Below, one piece after another: positions 10,322 through 19,867 of a DNA stretch of 64,000 bases. The notes beneath the pieces are model-generated. The model saw only the letters and a program-made list of their open reading frames with translations. It made no database searches and was not told where the DNA came from. Each line of letters starts with the position of its first letter. The stretch's first letter is position 1. Both the position numbers and the translations under genes were made by a program. Where the stretch lies: positions 64,892 through 128,891 of the forward strand of contig LCBT01000003.1 in the NCBI GenBank assembly GCA_000997385.1, read 5' to 3'. Source of the stretch: Candidatus Daviesbacteria bacterium GW2011_GWA1_41_61 (GTDB lineage: Bacteria > Patescibacteriota > Microgenomatia > Daviesbacterales > UBA10151).

Positions 10322-11220
10322 AAATTTTACTTGTTGGTGATGTGATGTTAGGAAGGTTAGTAAACGAGGTGTTAAAACATGAACCTCCTGGGTATCCTTG
10401 GGGTGATACTTCAGCTATTTTTAAAAAAGCAGACCTTCGAATCTGTAATTTAGAATGTGTCATTTCCGATAAAGGGCAACCTTGGACTATTACCCCCAAA
10501 ATTTCTTTGGCTAATAATCATGTCTTGGATTATGAAGAAGAGGCTTTATTAGATATGTTAGAGACCCTGGACCGTAATAATATTGAGTACGCTGGAGCAG
10601 GTATTAGTTTTGTAGAAGCATCATCTGTAGCAGTTTCTGATAAGATAGGGATGATCGCTTTTACTGATAACGAACCGGAATGGGAGATAGGAGATCAGCC
10701 GGGTGTTTTTTATGTCCCTATTGATCTAGAAGATAAGCGGGCGAAAGTTCTAATACATCAGATTAAAGAGGCTAAAAAAGATGTGGATTTTTTAATTGTT
10801 TCAGCTCACTGGGGTCCTAATTGGGGATATAGGCCACAGCCGGGCCATCTTCCCTTCGCTAAGGCTTTAATTGACGCCGGGGGAGATTTAATTTTTGGCC
10901 ATTCCTGTCATGTCTTTCAGGGTATAGAAATCTACAACAGCAAGCCCATCCTTTATTCAACGGGGAATTTTATTGATGATTATGCGGTTGATGAAGTTGA
11001 AAGAAATGATCAATCGTTTATCTTTTTAGTGGAAACTGAAGGGAGAAAAATAGTAAGGCTTAAACTTTACCCCACTGTCATCAGAAATATGCAGGCCTGC
11101 CTTGCTAAAGAACCAGAGCTTAAGGAGATTGTCTTTAAGATGATTGAGCTTTGTGATGAGTTTGGTACAAAAACAATTTGGCATGATAAAGATAGGTATC
11201 TTGAAATACAAATACGATGA
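10318..11220 (+). CDS. CapA/PgsA family metallophosphoesterase with a probable internal deletion
   Basis: GDVMLGR, NLE, LANNH, HWG, GHSCH, YSTGNF; the usual segment before SLANNH appears missing. Confidence 0.85.
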   Translation: MKILLVGDVMLGRLVNEVLKHEPPGYPWGDTSAIFKKADLRICNLECVISDKGQPWTITPKISLANNHVLDYEEEALLDMLETLDRNNIEYAGAGISFVEASSVAVSDKIGMIAFTDNEPEWEIGDQPGVFYVPIDLEDKRAKVLIHQIKEAKKDVDFLIVSAHWGPNWGYRPQPGHLPFAKALIDAGGDLIFGHSCHVFQGIEIYNSKPILYSTGNFIDDYAVDEVERNDQSFIFLVETEGRKIVRLKLYPTVIRNMQACLAKEPELKEIVFKMIELCDEFGTKTIWHDKDRYLEIQIR

Positions 11221-11524
11221 AAGAAAAAAGAAAATTACCTCCAGGGATTTGGGGATAGATTTGCAGTCTCAAAAAGAGCAAGAATTTTTTTAAGAGATTT
11301 AAAGAAAATAGGAAATTACCAAAAGTAAATCCCTTGCAGAAAGAGGCCAAGATATGTCTTTAAAAATAGGAATAGCGGGAACAGAACAAATCATATTGAG
11401 GCTAATTACATACCATTACCACCTAAATCCACCTTGTAAAGTTTCTATATTGCATTTTCTGGAGGAACTTCTTATTATTAAATGCAAGCTGCCGATGCAG
11501 CTTTTTTTGTAAATTGAGATTAAG

Positions 11525-12253
11525 ATGAGAGAAAGATTAGCAACATTAATTTCTGGTAGTGGAACTACAACGCAAGAGATCATCAGAGCTTGCCAATCCG
11601 GAGAAATCCCCATGGATGTGGCTTTAGTTATCTCCAGTAACACTACAGCCGGTGGTATAGAAAAAGCCAGAAGATTAGGTATCCCAGATCATGACATTGT
11701 AGTTGTAAATCCTAATGATTTTCGTGGTGGAGATGGAAAGGTAGACCAAGAAGGTTTTGGTTTACAAATCCTTAAGAACGTAAAAGAACGAGGAGTAACT
11801 GTAGTAACCCAAAATGGTTGGTTGCCTCTTACTCCAAGGGTTGTTATAGATCAATATCCTGAAACAATGTTTAACCAACATCCTGGCCCAGTACCGGAAT
11901 TTGGCGGGAAAGGAGTGTATGGCAGACGGGTTCATGCTGCTAGATTGTTATTTACAAGACTCACCGGGAGAGATAACTGGACTGAAGCGATTGGCCAAAG
12001 AGTGCACAGCGAATATGACCAAGGTTTGGTTGTTAAAGCTACTCGGGTTGAAATTTTGCCAGAGGATACTGTAGATGACTTACAACAACGAGTCTTGCCT
12101 ATAGAACATAGGGTTCAAATAGATTTATTAAAAGATGTTGCTAAAGGAAATATAAGAGAGCTTACAGGAGGAGAAAAGCTAGTAAGACCAGGAGAGGAGC
12201 AGACTTTATCCTTGGCTAAGAAAATAGCAAGGTTAATGTATCCTCACGGATAA
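11525..12253 (+). CDS. purN: phosphoribosylglycinamide formyltransferase
   Basis: LISGSGT, NQHPG, FGGKG.YG and YDQG motifs. Confidence 0.85.
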   Translation: MRERLATLISGSGTTTQEIIRACQSGEIPMDVALVISSNTTAGGIEKARRLGIPDHDIVVVNPNDFRGGDGKVDQEGFGLQILKNVKERGVTVVTQNGWLPLTPRVVIDQYPETMFNQHPGPVPEFGGKGVYGRRVHAARLLFTRLTGRDNWTEAIGQRVHSEYDQGLVVKATRVEILPEDTVDDLQQRVLPIEHRVQIDLLKDVAKGNIRELTGGEKLVRPGEEQTLSLAKKIARLMYPHG

Positions 12254-12260
12254 ATGTCTT

Positions 12261-13004
12261 ATGGCAATTCAAGAAGTTAGAGTGGGATTTATAGAAAAAG
12301 ATATAAGAGGCGGAGAGCAACCTTTGGAGGTGGTAGTAGTTCGATATCCAGGTTCAAATTGTGACTTTGATACTCTTAAGTTTTTCCATCGCGGAGGACA
12401 TAATGCTAGGTTCCTCTGGCATAAAGATACTATAGTGCCGAAGGCTGATTTATTGGTTTTGTGTGGCGGCTTTGCCTTTGGTGACCGTGAGTACGAAAGA
12501 GCAACCGGTGAGTATAGAATGAACCCGGGAGCCCGAGCTTTAAAAAGCCCAGTGATGGAAGTTATTGATCAATGGGCAAAAGACGAGCGACCAATTTTAG
12601 GAATCTGTAACGGATTTCAAATTCTTTGTCATGCGGGACTATTACCAGGAAAATTAGAGCACAATGAGAGAGGAAAATTTTTCTGTGATGATGTTGATGT
12701 AGCAGTGGAAGGTCGGTCTTTCTTTAATTCCCCTGATTTATCAGGGAATGTTTACCCGATTAATATTGCTCATGGTTATGGCCGGTATGAAGTTACCGCA
12801 GAAGAGTACGCTGGATTAATGGCTAACAAACAAGTCTTTTTGCGATATCAAGGTTTTAATCCTAACGGTTCAGTGGAAAATATTGCCGGTGTTTGTAATA
12901 AAGATGGCAATATCTGGGCAATGATGCCTCATCCAGAAAGAATTGTTAGTTTAGAAACTAAAAGAGTTTTTTTGGAGGCAATCAAAAAATATGTCAGAAG
13001 CTAA
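12261..13004 (+). CDS. purQ: FGAM synthase glutaminase subunit
   Basis: PGSNCD, GGFAFGD, GICNGFQ, NPNGS and MMPHPER motifs. Confidence 0.92.
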   Translation: MAIQEVRVGFIEKDIRGGEQPLEVVVVRYPGSNCDFDTLKFFHRGGHNARFLWHKDTIVPKADLLVLCGGFAFGDREYERATGEYRMNPGARALKSPVMEVIDQWAKDERPILGICNGFQILCHAGLLPGKLEHNERGKFFCDDVDVAVEGRSFFNSPDLSGNVYPINIAHGYGRYEVTAEEYAGLMANKQVFLRYQGFNPNGSVENIAGVCNKDGNIWAMMPHPERIVSLETKRVFLEAIKKYVRS

Positions 13005-14556
13005 AACCAAATTTGCTGAGATGTCGATAGAGGAAGCTATACGGGATACTATGCACAGCGAACACTGCAGCTATAAAAGTACCCGTAAATTTTTGGCGGG
13101 ACTGCACACTACCGGCGAACACATTATCCAAGGACCAGGTGAGAATGCCGGAATATTGGATTTGGGGCAGGGGTTAGCTTTGGCTTTGAGAATTGAAAGT
13201 CATAACCATCCGTCGCATGTAAAACCTGCAGAAGGAGCAGCAACTGGTGTGGGTGGTATTATACGCGATATTTTTACCATGGGAGCTAGGCCAATTGCTC
13301 TGCTTGATAATTTAAGATTTGGAGCCGATCAGCGGGCTACCTGGCTCTTAAGGGGAGTAGCGGAAGGTATTTCCCGTTATGGCAATTGTATTGGGATTCC
13401 GGTCGTGGGGGGAGAAATTTTTTTTGACCGGACTTATAACGGCAACTGTTTGGTCAATGTTTGTTGTATGGGTTTAGTTCCACAGAAAAATATAATTTAT
13501 GGTAACGCTTTAACTACTGACAGTGATTTAATCTACGTCGGGGCGAGGACAGGACGTGATGGAATGGGGGGAGCTAGTTTTGCTTCCAAGACTTTTCAAG
13601 AAGACGCTCCGAGGGATGAAAAGGCGATTCAGGATGACGATCCTTTCTTGGAAAAATTATTATTGGAAGCTTGTGTTGAGTTGGCCGAAACTAACTGGTT
13701 GGAAGGGATGCAGGATATGGGAGCGGCAGGATTACTTTGTTCTACTACTGAAGTGATTCATCGCGGCCAGAAAAAGACAGGTTTACCGCTTGGCGCGATA
13801 GTTGATCTTGATCTTATACCGGCAAAAGCGGGGGGCATGACGCCGCCGGAATTTTTGTGTTCCGAGTCTCAAGAGAGAATGATGGTTGTTGGCAAAAGAC
13901 CTTACCGGGAAAGAATATTGGAAAAATTTACAAATTGGGATCTTGAAGCGGTGGTAGTGGGAGAAGTTACTTTGGACGGTAAATATACTTTGCTATATAC
14001 AGAAAATGGTCAACGAAAAGCTACGGCGATGAGTATTAAAGAAATTTGCGAGCCGATTGACCAGGAATGGCCACTGACTCCTTGGCGAACTCAAGGAGGG
14101 GAATATCGTAAGGCTTCTAAGTCAACGATAGCCTCGGTTTGGCATCAATACGACTGGCGGGTGGGAACCAGAACAATAAAGGGGCCAAACGAGCCAGGAC
14201 ATTTTGCAGTTTTGGATATCGATGAAATCGGTAAAGATTTAGTGGTTGCCTGGTCCTCCGATGAAGGAAGGTCGGATGTAAATCCTCGGATAGGTATAGA
14301 ATATGCTTTCCAAAAAGCTTACCGGCACATTAAAGATCAGGGTGCTAAACCATTAGGGCTAACTAATTGTTTAAACTTTGGATACCCAGCTGATTCAATG
14401 GGAGCTTTTGCCGAAACAGTGGAAGGATTGAGTAGTATTTGCCGGCAATATGAGGTTCCAGTAGTGAGTGGCAATGTTTCGCTTTATAACGGCACCGGAG
14501 AACACTCAATTAAACCAACGCCAATTTTGGTTATGGTTGGAATTAAGGATAAATAG
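12991..14556 (+). CDS. purL: FGAM synthase synthetase subunit, compact (521 aa)
   Basis: SEHCSYKS, ESHNHPS, GAATGVGG, QDMGAAG, SESQERM, NCLNFG and SGNVSLYN motifs. Confidence 0.9.
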   Translation: MSEAKTKFAEMSIEEAIRDTMHSEHCSYKSTRKFLAGLHTTGEHIIQGPGENAGILDLGQGLALALRIESHNHPSHVKPAEGAATGVGGIIRDIFTMGARPIALLDNLRFGADQRATWLLRGVAEGISRYGNCIGIPVVGGEIFFDRTYNGNCLVNVCCMGLVPQKNIIYGNALTTDSDLIYVGARTGRDGMGGASFASKTFQEDAPRDEKAIQDDDPFLEKLLLEACVELAETNWLEGMQDMGAAGLLCSTTEVIHRGQKKTGLPLGAIVDLDLIPAKAGGMTPPEFLCSESQERMMVVGKRPYRERILEKFTNWDLEAVVVGEVTLDGKYTLLYTENGQRKATAMSIKEICEPIDQEWPLTPWRTQGGEYRKASKSTIASVWHQYDWRVGTRTIKGPNEPGHFAVLDIDEIGKDLVVAWSSDEGRSDVNPRIGIEYAFQKAYRHIKDQGAKPLGLTNCLNFGYPADSMGAFAETVEGLSSICRQYEVPVVSGNVSLYNGTGEHSIKPTPILVMVGIKDK

Positions 14557-14706
14557 CCAATTGGTGATTGGAGATAAAATAAAGATATCAGTAAACCTCA
14601 AGGTTTACCTTTATTTGAAGGGATGGTATCTTATGCTAAAGGGAGTTGAGAATAGATGGAAAGAGTAAATAAACCACTTTTATCTATTCCTGATAGAATC
14701 TAAACC

Positions 14707-15807
14707 ATGTCGTCGGTCAAATGCGGAATAGTTGGACTTCCTAATGTGGGGAAAAGTACTTTATTTAATGCCCTTTTGAAAAAGAGGGTGGCGCTTAGTG
14801 CTAATTATCCTTTTGCTACTATCGAGCCTAATGTGGGGGTGGTGGTGGTGCCTGATCAGAAGCTAAATGAACTGGCAGAGCTAGTGAAAGATGAGGAGAA
14901 GATGGATTATTTGCCACCGCTTGTGCCAGCTGTTGTTGAATTTGTAGACATAGCCGGGCTGGTTAAAGGAGCTCATCAAGGAGCAGGTTTAGGAAATCAA
15001 TTTTTATCTCATATCAGGGAAGTAGATGCCATTATTCATGTTTTAAGAGATTTCCAGGATGAAGATGTGATCCGTGAGGGTTCAGAAAATCCCGATGCTG
15101 ATAAGTTAACCATAGAAACAGAGTTAGCTTTGGCAGATTTACAAACCCTGGAAAAGTTAGTAGCAGCCCAGGAAAAGGAAATTAGGGCTGCTAAAGATCC
15201 AATTGAACAGAAAAAACTGGAGATTCTAAATGTTATTAAAAAGAATCTGGAAGACGGAAAAGTTTTGGGCCATTACGAGATGGGAGATGAAAGGTTAAAA
15301 AGTTGGTTTGAACACTTACCGCTTTTAACTATTAAACCCATTCTTTATGTCTACAATGTTTCTGAAGGTGAATATAAAGAAAAAATTGATCAGGGAAATG
15401 TAAATGAAAATGAGATAGTTATCAGTGCCAAGCTTGAGGAAGAACTGGCTGATTATTCAGAAGAAGAAAGAAAAGAGTATTTGCATGAGCTGGGGATTGA
15501 AGAAACTGGTTTAGAAAGGCTTATTAAAAAAGCCTATGAACTTTTGGGACTTATTTCCTTTTTAACTGCTGGGAAAAAAGAGGTCCGGGCTTGGACTATT
15601 AAAAAAGGAACTAAAACTCCTCAGGCAGCAGGTGTGATTCACACTGATTTTGAGAAAGGTTTTATCAGAGCTCAGGTAATAGAATATGAAAAGCTAATAG
15701 AAGCTGGTTCTTATACTAAAGCCAAACAGCTAGGTTGGATCAGAACTGAAGGTAAGGGTTATGAGGTTAAAGATGGAGATGCTATTGAATTTTTGGTGAG
15801 TAGCTAG
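14707..15807 (+). CDS. ychF: redox-regulated ATPase YchF
   Basis: GLPNVGKST, NYPFATIEP, DIAG, C-terminal TGS domain. Confidence 0.95.
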   Translation: MSSVKCGIVGLPNVGKSTLFNALLKKRVALSANYPFATIEPNVGVVVVPDQKLNELAELVKDEEKMDYLPPLVPAVVEFVDIAGLVKGAHQGAGLGNQFLSHIREVDAIIHVLRDFQDEDVIREGSENPDADKLTIETELALADLQTLEKLVAAQEKEIRAAKDPIEQKKLEILNVIKKNLEDGKVLGHYEMGDERLKSWFEHLPLLTIKPILYVYNVSEGEYKEKIDQGNVNENEIVISAKLEEELADYSEEERKEYLHELGIEETGLERLIKKAYELLGLISFLTAGKKEVRAWTIKKGTKTPQAAGVIHTDFEKGFIRAQVIEYEKLIEAGSYTKAKQLGWIRTEGKGYEVKDGDAIEFLVSS

Positions 15808-16805
15808 TCTATTTGTTTATTTGATTCATACCACACTCCTTTAGTAGTACCTCTTTTTTTAACTAACCCTCGATCTGTTAAATGTTTTAAATCAAACCTT
15901 AAGGTTCTTTCGCTAACTGCTAAAAACCTTCTTCTAATGGTGTCAAAGTTAACTATTTTATGATCCTTAATGATGTTAAAAATTTCAGCCCGGCGAGGAA
16001 GTAGCAAATCTGTAACTTCAACCTTTTTCTTTTCCAAAACTTGAGTTTTGGCTTCCTCAGCTGTTTGAGATATCGCTTCCAACATAAACTCCAGATAATC
16101 TGTGACATCTTTCTCGGTAGCTTCTAGTGCTCGGTAATACTCACTCCGGTGGTTGTCCAGATATTCTTCTATTGAAAGTAAGCCTTTCATCCCATAACCT
16201 CCTTTTATTAAAACCATTTGTAAAAAAAGCCTGCCAACCCTCCCATTACCATCTAAAAAGGGATGGATTTTCTCAAAGATGTAATGGCCTAGGCAGGCTC
16301 TGGTTGGTACAAAGGATTCTTTATTACTGTTGGTAAGCTTAACTAAACGTTCCGTTAAAGGTAAAATCTTGTTTGGTTTGGGAGGGAGGTAAATGGCAAT
16401 GCCAGCACTATTAAAAATAGCTTCCAAGTTGGTTCTAAACTTGCCCAGATCTATTTTCTCCACTAGCCCTTCCATGACTATTTTATGTAGTTCAAGGATA
16501 TCTTTAACGGTTACATCCCGGTGTTTCCTTTGATGGATCCAATTTAGGGCCTTTAAAATGTTAAAAACTTCCATCTTCTTTTGGTCTTTAGAAGAAGACA
16601 TTTGTAGCTCATTTAAAGTTAGGGTATTACCCTCAATACGGGCAGAAAAAAGTGAACTTTTTAAAGTAGATGTTCTTCTGATATTTTGTTCAATTTCTGG
16701 AGGGATATCTACATAGTTGATCACTTCTTTACATGCTTCAATAGTCTGGAGAAATTGAGAAATTTTAGGAGTCAGGAAGTATTTTGGAGGGATTACCATA
16801 AACAT
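15804..16805 (-). CDS. Fic family protein with C-terminal wHTH
   Basis: HPFLDGNGRVGR Fic motif. Confidence 0.9.
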   Translation of the reverse strand: MFMVIPPKYFLTPKISQFLQTIEACKEVINYVDIPPEIEQNIRRTSTLKSSLFSARIEGNTLTLNELQMSSSKDQKKMEVFNILKALNWIHQRKHRDVTVKDILELHKIVMEGLVEKIDLGKFRTNLEAIFNSAGIAIYLPPKPNKILPLTERLVKLTNSNKESFVPTRACLGHYIFEKIHPFLDGNGRVGRLFLQMVLIKGGYGMKGLLSIEEYLDNHRSEYYRALEATEKDVTDYLEFMLEAISQTAEEAKTQVLEKKKVEVTDLLLPRRAEIFNIIKDHKIVNFDTIRRRFLAVSERTLRFDLKHLTDRGLVKKRGTTKGVWYESNKQID

Positions 16806-16909
16806 CCTAATATTACCAGATATTGCCTAATACCACCAGATATTACCAAGAATTATCAGACAAATTTGCTGGTTGAATATTTAACTTATTCCTAGTAAAA
16901 TCTTATCTC

Positions 16910-17179
16910 GTGAACAATTATGCTTTAACATTGGTATTAAAACCTGATGTAGAGGAAAAAGCCCGCAAGGAGCTTTTAGAATCTATGGCTAAAAAAATGG
17001 GAAAGAAAGAAAAAGAAGAGGAGTGGGGAGTAAGGGACTTGGCTTATCCTATTAAACACCAGAGGAAAGGTTATTTTCTTCATTACCAATTTTGTGTTGA
17101 ACCTAAAGATATTGCCCCGCTTGACAAAGCACTTAAATTAGACGAAGATATTTTGAGATATTTATTGGTTAGGGTTTAA
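16910..17179 (+). CDS. rpsF: 30S ribosomal protein S6
   Basis: WGVRDLAYPI, ILRYLL; rpsF-ssb-rpsR gene order. Confidence 0.93.
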   Translation: MNNYALTLVLKPDVEEKARKELLESMAKKMGKKEKEEEWGVRDLAYPIKHQRKGYFLHYQFCVEPKDIAPLDKALKLDEDILRYLLVRV

Positions 17180-17182
17180 TGT

Positions 17183-17698
17183 ATGGCTTCAAGATCCTGG
17201 AACAGAGTAGAATTAATAGGTAATCTTACAAGAGACCCCGAACTTCGATATACCCCAAACGGTGCAGCTGTGGCTACTTTTGGTATAGCTACCAACCGGA
17301 CTTATGTAGTAGAAGGTGAAAGAAAAGAAGAGGTATATTTCCACCGTTTAGTAGCCTGGAACAAGCTCGCTGAACTGTGTACCCAGCTTTTAAAAAAAGG
17401 TACCCGGGCTTTTATCTCCGGAAGATTACAATACCGGGAATGGGAAACTCAAGACGGTCAAAAAAGAAGAGATGCGGAAATTGTGATGGAAGACCTGATT
17501 GTTTTAACCAGCAGAAACGGCAGTTTTGCCGATGAAGAGATGGAAACGGAGGGCGGTTTAGAAAGCCCATCTGAAACTGCTAAAGCTGAAACAGGGCCTG
17601 CCAAAGAAACCGCTGAGAAAAGTGAAGCTAAAGAAAAGCCTGCGCCTAAAGCTTCCGCTGATGAAACTGTTTCTCCAGACGAAGACTTGCCCTTCTAG
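17183..17698 (+). CDS. ssb: single-stranded DNA-binding protein
   Basis: LIGNLTRDPELRYT; acidic DEDLPF tail. Confidence 0.95.
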   Translation: MASRSWNRVELIGNLTRDPELRYTPNGAAVATFGIATNRTYVVEGERKEEVYFHRLVAWNKLAELCTQLLKKGTRAFISGRLQYREWETQDGQKRRDAEIVMEDLIVLTSRNGSFADEEMETEGGLESPSETAKAETGPAKETAEKSEAKEKPAPKASADETVSPDEDLPF

Positions 17699-17724
17699 TA
17701 TTTTTTAGATATAATCCTAAAGTT

Positions 17725-18039
17725 ATGCCAGTAATAAAGAAAGTCCAATCTAAAGTATCTTTTCCTTTAAAGGCAGTTGAAGAGACTGAAAAAGACGGGA
17801 AAGCAGAAGAAAAAACCACAGAAATCTCTCGGCCTAAGAAGGTCTGCCAGTTTTGTAAGGGGAAAATTGAACCTAAATATTGGGATGTGGTAACTTTAAG
17901 AAGATTCTTAAATGACCGAGGCAGAATTGTTTCCCGGGGACGGGGTGGATGCTGCGCTAAACACCAAAGACGTATCAGCCGGGAAATTAAAAGAGCCAGA
18001 CACTTAGCCCTCCTTCCCTTTACTGTCAGTGTGAGATAG
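17725..18039 (+). CDS. rpsR: 30S ribosomal protein S18
   Basis: CQFC, CAKHQR, IKRARHLALLPF. Confidence 0.93.
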   Translation: MPVIKKVQSKVSFPLKAVEETEKDGKAEEKTTEISRPKKVCQFCKGKIEPKYWDVVTLRRFLNDRGRIVSRGRGGCCAKHQRRISREIKRARHLALLPFTVSVR

Positions 18040-18084
18040 TTTTTGGACTATCTGGACATACCTTAATCTGCTAAACTATAGTTA

Positions 18085-18705
18085 ATGCCCAGTTTCAAAA
18101 GTCTACTTGAATATTTCCCCCAGCTGGAATCCATTTATCCCGAGAAAGTTATACAGTGGCTAAAAGGTCAGGGCAGCGGGCAAATTTTGGAAAATGAGAT
18201 GGGCAACAGAATACTTTATCCTCAAACAATCCCTTTAAGTGAAAGAGAGCTGTTTTTAGAGATGGCTATTTTAAGAGAGGCTCTAAAGGTTCAGCCGTCA
18301 AAATATTATAACCGCAACCTCAATAGATTATTTATTGATGTGGATTTCTTAGAAAGATTTCCGGATGCTTCCAGTTTAGTCCAAGCCTTTGTTGATGCTT
18401 TACAACCTGTAGGTTTAGTCTCTTTGATTTTAAGATCTGAAAATGTTGGTTCAAAGAGTGTGGGGACCCTGCTTCGGCCCCGGATTTTAAAACCGGAGGG
18501 CAAAGTCACTCTGTGGGTGGGCAACCAAAAATATGACATTGAAATAGGCAGCTTTATAACTATACCCAGCAGCTTAAACCATCTCACTATTAAATTTGAT
18601 TCTCCGGTAGCCAAGATTTTAGACCATCATAAGCTGGTTGCCGAAGTATCTGGAGGGAGGCTGGGAGTGGTGGTGGATACCCGTGGTAAAGAAGTGGAAG
18701 TTTAA
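18085..18705 (+). CDS. hypothetical protein
   Basis: 206-aa ORF ending GGRLGVVVDTRG; coupled to the next gene. Confidence 0.6.
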   Translation: MPSFKSLLEYFPQLESIYPEKVIQWLKGQGSGQILENEMGNRILYPQTIPLSERELFLEMAILREALKVQPSKYYNRNLNRLFIDVDFLERFPDASSLVQAFVDALQPVGLVSLILRSENVGSKSVGTLLRPRILKPEGKVTLWVGNQKYDIEIGSFITIPSSLNHLTIKFDSPVAKILDHHKLVAEVSGGRLGVVVDTRGKEVEV

Positions 18706-18706
18706 G

Positions 18707-19867
18707 ATGAATCAACTGTTTGGATCTTACCGTCTCAGAATAGAAAAAAACAAAATTATTCATATCAGAAGGCGTTTGATTAATGCCAAGGGTCAAATTA
18801 AGGTGTCAGTAGGGCAGGAAGTTTGTCCTCAGGATGTGGTAGCAGAGGGACATACTTCTTCCGGTTTTAGGACTATTCATCTAGCTGCAGAACTGAAAGT
18901 CAGCCGCAAAAAAGCAGATGGGTATTTGATGCGTCAAATAGGCCAGAATATTTACCAGGGTGAGCTTTTAGCCATGAAAAAGGATTTTTTAGGTTTGAGT
19001 AAACAACTGATACTTTCACCGGTAGATGGGGTAATTGAGACTTATGACCACCAAAACGGCAACTTAAAGATTCAGTTAACCCCCAAAACTATCCGTCTAG
19101 TAAGTGGTGTTTATGGGATAGTTGATGCTATTGACGAGGTTACAGGGACAGTTTTAATCCGAACTATGGCCAATATGGTATATGGAGTTTTAGGTTCAGG
19201 GAAAGAGAGGGAGGGACTGTTAAAAATCCTCGGTCCATCTGATATGTTAACAAGTTCTAAACAAATTCCTTCCCAAGCTCAAGGCAGGATAGTGGTGGCC
19301 GGAGGACTGGTTTTTATGGCAGCTTTGGAGAAGGCTTTGGATGTCCGTTTAAACGGTATTATTAGCGGTGGTATTAACGCTTCCGACTACCGGTCCATGG
19401 CCGGGGGACAATGGAATATCTGGCATAAACATTGGTCTGATGTAGGATTATCTTTAATGGTGACTGAAGGCTTTGGAGCAGCTCCTATCGGCGAGGATAT
19501 TTTTTCTTTACTTCAAAATTACAACGAAAGTTTTGTGATGTTAGACGGCAACAGGTCAAGATTAATCTTGCCAATAAATGAACAAAACAGTATGATATAT
19601 ATTCGTAAAACGGGATTACCGACTAAGCTTCAAGCGGACCCTTCTCCTGAAGTTGGGCTGTGGCCTATCAGGGAGGGAGTCAGAGTCAGAATTGTCAGCA
19701 CTCCTTTTTTAGGGTTGCAAGGCAAGGTGGAGGCAATTGATCAAACTTTAACGAAACTTCCATCAGGGCTTGAGACTTATCTGGTAACAGTGGGAAGCGG
19801 ATCCCGGAAAATCAGGGTACCTTATTCTAATTTAGAAGTGATGGCTTTATGTGATGAAAGAAATTAA
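18707..19867 (+). CDS. conserved hypothetical protein (barrel-sandwich hybrid repeats, C-terminal KOW-like)
   Basis: VSVGQEV, SPVDGVI, TEGFG and GVRVRIV..PFLG..G.V patterns. Confidence 0.65.
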   Translation: MNQLFGSYRLRIEKNKIIHIRRRLINAKGQIKVSVGQEVCPQDVVAEGHTSSGFRTIHLAAELKVSRKKADGYLMRQIGQNIYQGELLAMKKDFLGLSKQLILSPVDGVIETYDHQNGNLKIQLTPKTIRLVSGVYGIVDAIDEVTGTVLIRTMANMVYGVLGSGKEREGLLKILGPSDMLTSSKQIPSQAQGRIVVAGGLVFMAALEKALDVRLNGIISGGINASDYRSMAGGQWNIWHKHWSDVGLSLMVTEGFGAAPIGEDIFSLLQNYNESFVMLDGNRSRLILPINEQNSMIYIRKTGLPTKLQADPSPEVGLWPIREGVRVRIVSTPFLGLQGKVEAIDQTLTKLPSGLETYLVTVGSGSRKIRVPYSNLEVMALCDERN

